DNA of 64,000 bases. Origin: Auanema rhodensis. Lineage: Eukaryota; Animalia; Nematoda. The notes beneath the pieces were generated by a model. The model was not told the origin of the DNA and searched no databases. It was given only the letters and a program-made list of their open reading frames with translations. Location of the stretch: contig OZ059896.1 in NCBI GenBank assembly GCA_964057225.1, forward strand, positions 22,196,001 through 22,260,000. Reading direction: 5' to 3'. The position numbers and the translations under genes are program-made. Positions 1-11,200 of this stretch are shown piece after piece (within the stretch, counting starts at the first letter, position 1; each line of letters opens with the position of its first letter).

Positions 1-57
1 AGAATTAATTTTTTCGTTGAATAACATTGTCCATCGTCTTTGCCTTGAAAAAAGGAA

Positions 58-129
58 TCTAAAAACATCTACTTTTTGCTAAATTATTTTGAAATTTTTC
101 GAAAAAATTTTTGTCAAAATGTTTTTGGA
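58..129. repeat. AT-rich imperfect dyad region (in every monomer)
   Basis: TCTAAAAACAT (58-68) vs ATGTTTTTGGA (119-129) with 1 mismatch; ATTTTGA (86-92) vs TCAAAAT (114-120); perfect palindrome TTTTTCGAAAAA (95-106). Confidence 0.7.
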
Positions 130-133
130 AGCA

Positions 134-161
134 ATGTTGAGTGTACATGGAAACTCAACAT
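134..161. repeat. Perfect 9-bp inverted repeat with 10-nt spacer (in most monomers)
   Basis: ATGTTGAGT (134-142), spacer GTACATGGAA, ACTCAACAT (153-161). Confidence 0.9.
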
Positions 162-235
162 ACACTAATGCATCATTTTTCAAACGATCATAACTAATTT
201 TTGTTTCAAACGTTTCTCAATGTAGTATAGTGCAT

Positions 236-302
236 TCGATGCGGATTTTTGAGCTGCGTCGATCTGTGTTATCAGATTTGCGCTAGCTTAAAAATGCACC
301 GA
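236..302. repeat. Long imperfect inverted repeat / hairpin (~67 nt, in every monomer)
   Basis: Consensus ATTTTTAAGCT (245-255; monomer 1 has the G251 variant) pairs perfectly with AGCTTAAAAAT (285-295). Inner GCG/CGC and ATCTG/CAGAT flank the loop TGTTAT. Outer TCGATGC (236-242) pairs with GCACCGA (296-302) with 1 mismatch. Confidence 0.9.
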
Positions 303-312
303 GATATCAACT

Positions 313-334
313 GATATAAGTTCACACTTATATC
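313..334. repeat. Perfect 8-bp inverted repeat with 6-nt loop (in most monomers)
   Basis: GATATAAG (313-320), loop TTCACA, CTTATATC (327-334). Confidence 0.9.
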
Positions 335-3300
335 CTCGATTTTCACCCTGAAGAATTAATTTTTTCGTTGAATAACATTGTCCATCGTCTTTGCCTTGAA
401 AAAAGGAATCTAAAAACATCTACTTTTTGCTGAATTATTTTGAAATTTTTCGAAAAAATTTTTGTCAAAATGTTTTTGGAAGCAATGTTGAGTGTACATG
501 GAAACTCAACATACACTAATGCATCATTTTTCAAACGATCATAACTAATTTTTGTATTAAGCGTTTCTCAATGTAGTATAGTGCATTCGATGCGGATTTT
601 TAAGCTGCGTCGATCTGTGTTATCAGATTTGCGCTAGCTTAAAAATGCACCGAGATATCAACTGATGTAAGTTCACACTTATATCCTCGATTTTCACCCT
701 GAAGAATTAATTTTTTCGTTGAATAACATTGTCCATCGTCTTTGCCTAGAAAAAAGGAATCTAAAAACATATACTTTTTGCTAAATTATTTTGAAATTTT
801 TCGAAAAAATTTTTGTCAAAATGTTTTTGGAAGCAATGTTGAGTGTACATGGAAACTCAACATACACTAATGCATCATTTTTCAAACGATCATAACTAAT
901 TTTTGTATCAAGCGTTTCTCAATGTAGTATAGTGCATTCGATGCGGATTTTTGAGCTGCGTCGATCTGTGTTATCAGATTTGCGCTAGCTTAAAAATGCA
1001 CCGAGATATCAACTGATATAAGTTCACACTTATATCCTCGATTTTCACCCTGAAGAATTAATTTTTTCGTTGAATAACATTGTCCATCGTCTTTGCCTTA
1101 AAAACAGGAATCTAAAAACATCTACTTTTTGCTAAATTATTTTGAAATTTTTCGAAAAAATTTTTGTCAAAATGTTTTTGGAAGCAATGTTGAGTGTACA
1201 TGGAAACTCAACATACACTAATGCATCATTTTTCAAACGATCATAACTAATTTTTGTATCAAACGTTTCTCAATGTAGTATAGTGCATTCGATGCGGATT
1301 TTTAAGCTGCGTCGATCTGTGTTATCAGATTTGCGCTAGCTTAAAAATGCACCGAGATATCAACTGATGTAAGTTCACACTTATATCCTCGATTTTCACC
1401 CTGAAGAATTAATTTTTTCGTTGAATAACATTGTCCATCGTCTTTGCCTTGAAAAAAGGAATCTAAAAACATCTACTTTTTGCTAAATTATTTTGAAATT
1501 TTTCGAAAAAATTTTTGTCAAAATGTTTTTGGAAGCAATGTTGAGTGTACATGGAAACTCAACATACACTAATGCATCATTTTTCAAACGATCATAACTA
1601 ATTTTTGTTTCAAACGTTTCTCAATGTAGTATAGTGCATTCGATGCGGATTTTTGAGCTGCGTCGATCTGTGTTATCAGATTTGCGCTAGCTTAAAAATG
1701 CACCGAGATATCAACTGATATAAGTTCACACTTATATCCTCGATCTTCACCCTGAAGAATTAATTTTTTCGTTGAATAACATTGTCCATCGTCTTTGCCT
1801 TGAAAAAAGGAATCTAAAAACATCTACTTTTTGCTGAATTATTTTGAAATTTTTCGAAAAAATTTTTGTCAAAATGTTTTTGGAAGCAATGTTGAGTGTA
1901 CATGGAAACTCAACATACACTAATGCATCATTTTTCAAACGATCATAACTAATTTTTGTATTAAGCGTTTCTCAATGTAGTATAGTGCATTCGATGCGGA
2001 TTTTTAAGCTGCGTCGATCTGTGTTATCAGATTTGCGCTAGCTTAAAAATGCACCGAGATATCAACTGATGTAAGTTCACACTTATATCCTCGATTTTCA
2101 CCCTGAAGAATTAATTTTTTCGTTGAATAACATTGTCCATCGTCTTTGCCTAGAAAAAAGGAATCTAAAAACATATACTTTTTGCTAAATTATTTTGAAA
2201 TTTTTCGAAAAAATTTTTGTCAAAATGTTTTTGGAAGCAATGTTGAGTGTACATGGAAACTCAACATACACTAATGCATCATTTTTCAAACGATCATAAC
2301 TAATTTTTGTATCAAACGTTTCTCAATGTAGTATAGTGCATTCGATGCGGATTTTTGAGCTGCGTCGATCTGTGTTATCAGATTTGCGCTAGCTTAAAAA
2401 TGCACCGAGATATCAACTGATATAAGTTCACACTTATATCCTCGATTTTCACCCTGAAGAATTAATTTTTTCGTTGAATAACATTGTCCATCGTCTTTGC
2501 CTTAAAAACAGGAATCTAAAAACATCTACTTTTTGCTAAATTATTTTGAAATTTTTCGAAAAAATTTTTGTCAAAATGTTTTTGGAAGCAATGTTGAGTG
2601 TACATGGAAACTCAACATACACTAATGCATCATTTTTCAAACGATCATAACTAATTTTTGTATCAAACGTTTCTCAATGTAGTATAGTGCATTCGATGCG
2701 GATTTTTAAGCTGCGTCGATCTGTGTTATCAGATTTGCGCTAGCTTAAAAATGCACCGAGATATCAACTGATGTAAGTTCACACTTATATCCTCGATTTT
2801 CACCCTGAAGAATTAATTTTTTCGTTGAATAACATTGTCCATCGTCTTTGCCTTGAAAAAAGGAATCTAAAAACATCTACTTTTTGCTAAATTATTTTGA
2901 AATTTTTCGAAAAAATTTTTGTCAAAATGTTTTTGGAAGCAATGTTGAGTGTACATGGAAACTCAACATACACTAATGCATCATTTTTCAAACGATCATA
3001 ACTAATTTTTGTTTCAAACGTTTCTCAATGTAGTATAGTGCATTCGATGCGGATTTTTGAGCTGCGTCGATCTGTGTTATCAGATTTGCGCTAGCTTAAA
3101 AATGCACCGAGATATCAACTGATATAAGTTCACACTTATATCCTCGATTTTCACCCTGAAGAATTAATTTTTTCGTTGAATAACATTGTCCATCGTCTTT
3201 GCCTTGAAAAAAGGAATCTAAAAACATCTACTTTTTGCTGAATTATTTTGAAATTTTTCGAAAAAATTTTTGTCAAAATGTTTTTGGAAGCAATGTTGAG

Positions 3301-5967
3301 TGTACATGGAAACTCAACATACACTAATGCATCATTTTTCAAACGATCATAACTAATTTTTGTATTAAGCGTTTCTCAATGTAGTATAGTGCATTCGATG
3401 CGGATTTTTAAGCTGCGTCGATCTGTGTTATCAGATTTGCGCTAGCTTAAAAATGCACCGAGATATCAACTGATGTAAGTTCACACTTATATCCTCGATT
3501 TTCACCCTGAAGAATTAATTTTTTCGTTGAATAACATTGTCCATCGTCTTTGCCTAGAAAAAAGGAATCTAAAAACATATACTTTTTGCTAAATTATTTT
3601 GAAATTTTTCGAAAAAATTTTTGTCAAAATGTTTTTGGAAGCAATGTTGAGTGTACATGGAAACTCAACATACACTAATGCATCATTTTTCAAACGATCA
3701 TAACTAATTTTTGTATCAAGCGTTTCTCAATGTAGTATAGTGCATTCGATGCGAATTTTTAAGCTGCGTCGATCTGTGTTATCAGATTTGCGCTAGCTTA
3801 AAAATGCACCGAGATATCAACTGATATAAGTTCACACTTATATCCTCGATTTTCACCCTGAAGAATTAATTTTTTCGTTGAATAACATTGTCCATCGTCT
3901 TTGCCTAGAAAAAAGGAATCTAAAAACATCTACTTTTTGCTAAATTATTTTGAAATTTTTCGAAAAAATTTTTGTCAAAATGTTTTTGGAAGCAATGTTG
4001 AGTGTACATGGAAACTCAACATACACTAATGCATCATTTTTCAAACGATCATAACTAATTTTTGTATCAAGCGTTTCTCAATGTAGTATAGTGCATTCGA
4101 TGCGGATTTTTAAGCTGCGTCGATCTGTGTTATCAGATTTGCGCTAGCTTAAAAATGCACCGAGATATCAACTGATATAAGTTTACACTTATATCCTCGA
4201 TTTTCACCCTGAAGAATTAATTTTTTCGTTAAATAACATTGTCCATCGTCTTTGCCTTGAAAAATGGAATCTAAAAACATCTACTTTTTGCTAAATTATT
4301 TTGAAATTTTTCGAAAAAATTTTTGTCAAAATGTTTTTGGAAGCAATGTTGAGTGTACATGGAAACTCAACATACACTAATGCATCATTTTTCAAACGAT
4401 CATAACTAATTTTTGTATCAAACGTTTCTCAATGTAGTATAGTGCATTCGATGCGAATTTTTAAGCTGCGTCGATCTGTGTTATCAGATTTGCGCTAGCT
4501 TAAAAATGCACCGAGATATCAACTGATATAAGTTCACACTTATATCCTCGATTTTCACCCTGAAGAATTAATTTTTTCGTTGAATAACATTGTCCATCGT
4601 CTTTGCCTTAAAAACAGGAATCTAAAAACATCTACTTTTTGCTAAATTATTTTGAAATTTTTCGAAAAAATTTTTGTCAAAATGTTTTTGGAAGCAATGT
4701 TGAGTGTACATGGAAACTCAACATACACTAATGCATCATTTTTCAAACGATCATAACTAATTTTTGTATCAAACGTTTCTCAATGTAGTATAGTGCATTC
4801 GATGCGGATTTTTAAGCTGCGTCGATCTGTGTTATCAGATTTGCGCTAGCTTAAAAATGCACCGAGATATCAACTGATGTAAGTTCACACTTATATCCTC
4901 GATTTTCACCCTGAAGAATTAATTTTTTCGTTGAATAACATTGTCCATCGTCTTTGCCTTGAAAAAAGGAATCTAAAAACATCTACTTTTTGCTAAATTA
5001 TTTTGAAATTTTTCGAAAAAATTTTTGTCAAAATGTTTTTGGAAGCAATGTTGAGTGTACATGGAAACTCAACATACACTAATGCATCATTTTTCAAACG
5101 ATCATAACTAATTTTTGTTTCAAACGTTTCTCAATGTAGTATAGTGCATTCGATGCGGATTTTTGAGCTGCGTCGATCTGTGTTATCAGATTTGCGCTAG
5201 CTTAAAAATGCACCGAGATATCAACTGATATAAGTTCACACTTATATCCTCGATTTTCACCCTGAAGAATTAATTTTTTCGTTGAATAACATTGTCCATC
5301 GTCTTTGCCTTGAAAAAAGGAATCTAAAAACATCTACTTTTTGCTGAATTATTTTGAAATTTTTCGAAAAAATTTTTGTCAAAATGTTTTTGGAAGCAAT
5401 GTTGAGTGTACATGGAAACTCAACATACACTAATGCATCATTTTTCAAACGATCATAACTAATTTTTGTATTAAGCGTTTCTCAATGTAGTATAGTGCAT
5501 TCGATGCGGATTTTTAAGCTGCGTCGATCTGTGTTATCAGATTTGCGCTAGCTTAAAAATGCACCGAGATATCAACTGATGTAAGTTCACACTTATATCC
5601 TCGATTTTCACCCTGAAGAATTAATTTTTTCGTTGAATAACATTGTCCATCGTCTTTGCCTAGAAAAAAGGAATCTAAAAACATCTACTTTTTGCTAAAT
5701 TATTTTGAAATTTTTCGAAAAAATTTTTGTCAAAATGTTTTTGGAAGCAATGTTGAGTGTACATGGAAACTCAACATACACTAATGCATCATTTTTCAAA
5801 CGATCATAACTAATTTTTGTATCAAGCGTTTCTCAATGTAGTATAGTGCATTCGATGCGGATTTTTAAGCTGCGTCGATCTGTGTTATCAGATTTGCGCT
5901 AGCTTAAAAATGCACCGAGATATCAACTGATATAAGTTTACACTTATATCCTCGATTTTCACCCTGA

Positions 5968-8213
5968 AGAATTAATTTTTTCGTTAAATAACATTGTCCA
6001 TCGTCTTTGCCTTGAAAAATGGAATCTAAAAACATCTACTTTTTGCTAAATTATTTTGAAATTTTTCGAAAAAATTTTTGTCAAAATGTTTTTGGAAGCA
6101 ATGTTGAGTGTACATGGAAACTCAACACACACTAATGCATCATTTTTCAAACGATCATAACTAATTTGTGTATTAAGCGTTTCTCAATGTAGTACAGTGC
6201 ATTCGATGCGGATTTTTAAGCTGCGTCGATCTGTGTTATCAGATTTGCGCTAGCTTAAAAATGCACCGAGATATCAACTGATATAAGTTCACATTTATAT
6301 CCTCGATTTTCACCCTGAAGAATTAATTTTTTCGTTGAATAACATTGTCCATCGTCTTTGCCTTAAAAAAAGGAATCTAAAAACATATACTTTTTGCTAA
6401 ATTATTTTGAAATTTTTCGAAAAAATTTTTGTCAAAATGTTTTTGGAAGCAATGTTGAGTGTACATGGAAACTCAACATACACTAATGCATCATTTTTCA
6501 AACGATCATAACTAATTTTTGTATCAAACGTTTCTCAATGTAGTATAGTGCATTCGATGCGGATTTTTGAGCTGCGTCGATCTGTGTTATCAGATTTGCG
6601 CTAGCTTAAAAATGCACCGAGATATCAACTGATATAAGTTCACACTTATATCCTCGATTTTCACCCTGAAGAATTAATTTTTTCGTTGAATAACATTGTC
6701 CATCGTCTTTGCCTTGAAAAAAGGAATCTAAAAACATCTACTTTTTCCTAAATTATTTTGAAATTTTTCGAAAAAATTTTTGTCAAAATGTTTTTGGAAG
6801 CAATGTTGAGTGTACATGGAAACTCAACATACACTAATGCATCATTTTTCAAACGATCATAACTAATTTTTGTATTAAGCGTTTCTCAATGTAGTATGGT
6901 GCATTCGATGCGGATTTTTAAGCTGCGTCGATCTGTGTTATCAGATTTGCGCTAGCTTAGAAATGCACCGAGATATCAACTGATATAAGTTCACACTTAT
7001 ATCCTCGATTTTCACCCTGAAGAATTGATTTTTTCGTTGAATAACATTGTCCATCGTCTTTGCCTTGAAAAAAGGAATCTAAAAACATCTACTTTTTCCT
7101 AAATTATTTTGAAATTTTTCGAAAAAATTTTTGTCAAAATGTTTTTGGAAGCAATGTTGAGTGTACATGGAAACTCAACATACACTAATGCATCATTTTT
7201 CAAACGATCATAACTAAATTTTGTATCAAGCGTTTCTCAATGTAGTATAGTGCATTCGATGCGGATTTTTAAGCTGCGTCGATCTGTGTTATCAGATTTG
7301 CGCTAGCTTAAAAATGCACCGAGATATCAACTGATATAAGTTCACACTTATATCCTCGATTTTCACCCTGAAGAATTAATTTTTTCGTTGAATAACATTG
7401 TCCATCGTCTTTGCCTTGAAAAATGGAATCTAAAAACATCTACTTTTTGCTAAATTATTTTGAAATTTTTCGAAAAAATTTTTGTCAAAATGTTTTTGGA
7501 AGCAATGTTGAGTGTACATGGAAACTCAACACACACTAATGCATCATTTTTCAAACGATCATAACTAATTTGTGTATTAAGCGTTTCTCAATGTAGTACA
7601 GTGCATTCGATGCGGATTTTTAAGCTGCGTCGATCTGTGTTATCAGATTTGCGCTAGCTTAAAAATGCACCGAGATATCAACTGATATAAGTTCACATTT
7701 ATATCCTCGATTTTCACCCTGAAGAATTAATTTTTTCGTTGAATAACATTGTCCATCGTCTTTGCCTTAAAAAAAGGAATCTAAAAACATATACTTTTTG
7801 CTAAATTATTTTGAAATTTTTCGAAAAAATTTTTGTCAAAATGTTTTTGGAAGCAATGTTGAGTGTACATGGAAACTCAACATACACTAATGCATCATTT
7901 TTCAAACGATCATAACTAATTTTTGTATCAAACGTTTCTCAATGTAGTATAGTGCATTCGATGCGGATTTTTGAGCTGCGTCGATCTGTGTTATCAGATT
8001 TGCGCTAGCTTAAAAATGCACCGAGATATCAACTGATATAAGTTCACACTTATATCCTCGATTTTCACCCTGAAGAATTAATTTTTTCGTTGAATAACAT
8101 TGTCCATCGTCTTTGCCTTGAAAAAAGGAATCTAAAAACATCTACTTTTTCCTAAATTATTTTGAAATTTTTCGAAAAAATTTTTGTCAAAATGTTTTTG
8201 GAAGCAATGTTGA
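5968..8213 (+). repeat. Variant domain B: a different 4-monomer HOR
   Basis: Linked markers CAACACAC, TTTGTGTATT, GTACAGT, CACATTTA near 6125-6295 and again 1404 bp later; TTCCTAA, GAATTGATT and CTAAATTTT in neighbouring monomers. Confidence 0.85.
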
Positions 8214-11200
8214 TTGTACATGGAAACTCAACATACACTAATGCATCATTTTTCAAACGATCATAACTAATTTTTGTATTAAGCGTTTCTCAATGTGGTA
8301 TAGTGCATTCGATGCGGATTTTTAAGCTGCGTCGATCTGTGTTATCAGATTTGCGCTAGTTTAAAAATGCACCGAGATATCAACTGATATAAGTTCACAC
8401 TTATATCCTCGATTTTCACCCTGAAGAATTGATTTTTTCGTTGAATAACATTGTCCATCGTTTTTGCCTTGAAAAAAGAAATTTAAAAACATCTACTTTT
8501 TGCTAAATTATTTTGAAATTTTTCGAAAAAATTTTTGTCAAAATGTTTTTGGAAGCAATGTTGAGTGTACATGGAAACTCAACATACACTAATGCATCAT
8601 TTTTCAAACGATCATAACTAATTTTTGTATTAAGCGTTTCTCAATGTAGTATAGTGCATTCGATGCGGATTTTTAAGCTGCGTCGATCTGTGTTATCAGA
8701 TTTGCGCTAGCTTAAAAATGCACCGAGATATCAACTGATATAAGTTCACACTTATATCCTCGATTTTCACCCTGAAGAATTAATTTTTTCGTAGAATAAC
8801 ATTGTCCATCGTCTTTGCCTTGAAAAAAGGAATCTAAAAACATCTACTTTTTGCTAAATTATTTTGAAATTTTTCGAAAAAATTTTTGTCAAAATGTTTT
8901 TGGAAGCAATGTTGAGTGTACATGGAAACTCAACATACACTAATGCATCATTTTTCAAACGATCATAACTAATTTTTGTATTAAGCGTTTCTCAATGTAG
9001 TATAGTGCATTCGATGCGGATTTTTAAGCTGCGTCGATCTGTGTTATCAGATTTGCGCTAGCTTAAAAATGCACCGAGATATCAACTGATATAAGTTCAC
9101 ACTTATATCATCGATTTTCACCCTGAAGAATTAATTTTTTCGTTGAATAACATTGTCCATCGTCTTTGCCTTAAAAAAAGGAATCTAAAAACATCTACTT
9201 TTTGCTAAATTATTTTGAAAGTTTTCGAAAAAATTTTTGTCAAAATGTTTTTGGAAGCAATGTTGATTGTACATGGAAACTCAACATACACTAATGCATC
9301 ATTTTTCAAACGATCATAACTAATTTTTGTATTAAGCGTTTCTCAATGTAGTATAGTGCATTCGATGCGGATTTTTAAGCTGCGTCGATCTGTGTTATCA
9401 GATTTGCGCTAGCTTAAAAATGCACCGAGATATCAACTGATATAAGTTCACACTTATATCCTCGATTTTCACCCTGAAGAATTAATTTTTTCGTCGAATA
9501 ACATTGTCCATCGTCTTTGCTTTGAAAAAAGAAATCTAAAAACATCTACTTTTTGCTAAATTATTCTGAAATTTTTTGAAAACATTTTTGTCAAAATGTT
9601 TTTGGAAGCAATGTTGATTGTACATGGAAACTCAACATACACTAATGCATCATTTTTCAAACGATCATAACTAATTTTTGTATTAAGCGTTTCTCAATGT
9701 AGTATAGTGCATTTGATGCGGATTTTTAAGCTGCGTCGATCTGTGTTATCAGATTTGCGCTAGCTTAAAAATGCACCGAGATATCAACTGATATAAGTTC
9801 ACACTTATATCCTCGATTTTCACCCTGAAGAATTAATTTTTTCGTTGAATAACATTGTCCATCGTTTTTGCCTTGAAAAAAGAAATCTAAAAACATCTAC
9901 TTTTTGCTAAATTATTCTGAAATTTTTCGAAAAAAGTTTTGTCAAAATGTTTTTGGAAGCAATGTTGATTGTACTTGGAAACTCAACATACACTAATGCA
10001 TCATTTTTCAAACGATCATAACTAATTTTTGTATTAAGCGTTTCTCAATGTAGTATAGTGCATTCGATGCGGATTTTTAAGCTGCGTCGATCTGTGTTAT
10101 CAGATTTGCGCTAGCTTAAAAATGCACCGAGATATCAACTGATATAAGTTCACACTTATATCCTCGATTTTCACCCTGAAGAATTAATTTTTTCGTTGAA
10201 TAACATTGTCCATCGTCTTTGCCTTAAAAAAAGGAGTCTAAAAACATCTACTTTTTGTTAAATTATTCTGAATTTTTTTGAAAACATTTTTGTCAAAATG
10301 TTTTTGGAAGCAATGTTGATTGTACATGGAAACTCAACATACACTAATGCATCATTTTTCAAACGATCATAACTAATTTTTGTATTAAGCGTTTCTCAAT
10401 GTAGTATAGTGCATTTGATGCGGATTTTTAAGCTGCGTCGTTCTGTGTTATCAGATTTGCGCTAGCTTAAAAATGCACCGAGATATCAACTGATATAAGT
10501 TCACACTTATATCCTCGATTTTCACCCTGAAGAATTAATTTTTTCGTTGAATAACATTGTCCATCGTTTTTGCCTTGAAAAAAGAAATCTAAAAACATCT
10601 ACTTTTTGCTAAATTATTCTGAAATTTTTCGAAAAAAGTTTTGTCAAAATGTTTTTGGAAGCAATGTTGATTGTACATGGAAACTCAACATACACTAATG
10701 CATCATTTTTCAAACGATCATAACTAATTTTTGTATTAAGCGTTTCTCAATGTAGTATAGTGCATTCGATGCGGATTTTTAAGCTGCGTCGATCTGTGTT
10801 ATCAGATTTGCGCTAGCTTAAAAATGCACCGAGATATCAACTGATATAAGTTCACACTTATATCCTCGATTTTCACCCTGAAGAATTAATTTTTTCGTTG
10901 AATAACATTGTCCATCGTCTTTGCCTTAAAAAAGGAGTCTAAAAACATCTACTTTTTGTTAAATTATTCTGAAATTTTTTGAAAACATTTTTGTCAAAAT
11001 GTTTTTGGAAGCAATGTTGATTGTACATGGAAACTCAACATACACTAATGCATCATTTTTCAAACGATCATAACTAATTTTTGTATTAAGCGTTTCTCAA
11101 TGTAGTATAGTGCATTCGATGCGGATTTTTAAGCTGCGTCGATCTGTGTTATCAGATTTGCGCTAGCTTAAAAATGCACCGAGATATCAACTGATATAAG

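Larger units (their letters stand above)
1..351 (+). repeat. Representative monomer (phase arbitrary), ~32% GC, rich in A/T tracts
   Basis: Position 352 restarts the sequence at position 1. Hand count: 58 C and 53 G in 351 nt. Confidence 0.98.
1..5967 (+). repeat. Variant domain A: 4-monomer (1404-bp) HOR with a 6-monomer variant unit
   Basis: Cyclic markers GTTTCAAA+TTGAGCT / GCTGAATT+GATGTAAG / CCTAGA+CATATA / AAACAGG. The GCTGAATT monomer recurs at spacings 1404, 1404, 2106. Confidence 0.9.

Noticed and set aside
12-28. CENP-B box-like TTTCGTTGAATAACATT
   Set aside because: It matches only the 5' half (TTCG....A) of YTTCGTTGGAARCGGGA; the required CGGG is absent.
232-242. GCATTCGATGC as a tRNA T-arm or Pol III B-box
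   Set aside because: It lacks the consensus G before TTCGA, the loop size is wrong, and no cloverleaf or A-box is apparent.
236-334. Rho-independent terminators or bacterial promoters
   Set aside because: The hairpins lack a following U-tract in a gene context, and there are no genes; AT-rich promoter-like hexamers are expected by chance.
1-351. Monomer as an ancient dimer of ~175-bp subunits
   Set aside because: Only a short low-complexity resemblance (AATTAATTTTTT vs AACTAATTTTT, offset ~190) was visible, with no sustained alignment between halves by eye.
348-405. Hammerhead ribozyme core-like CTGAAGA (CUGANGA) with a downstream GAAA; some animal satellites and retrozymes of this size carry hammerheads
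   Set aside because: I could not build stems I, II or III: there is no partner for the upstream TCACC (no GGTG in the monomer) and no stem II closing onto a GAAA. I saw no CUGANGA on the minus strand. An Infernal or RNAMotif search of the dimer would settle it.
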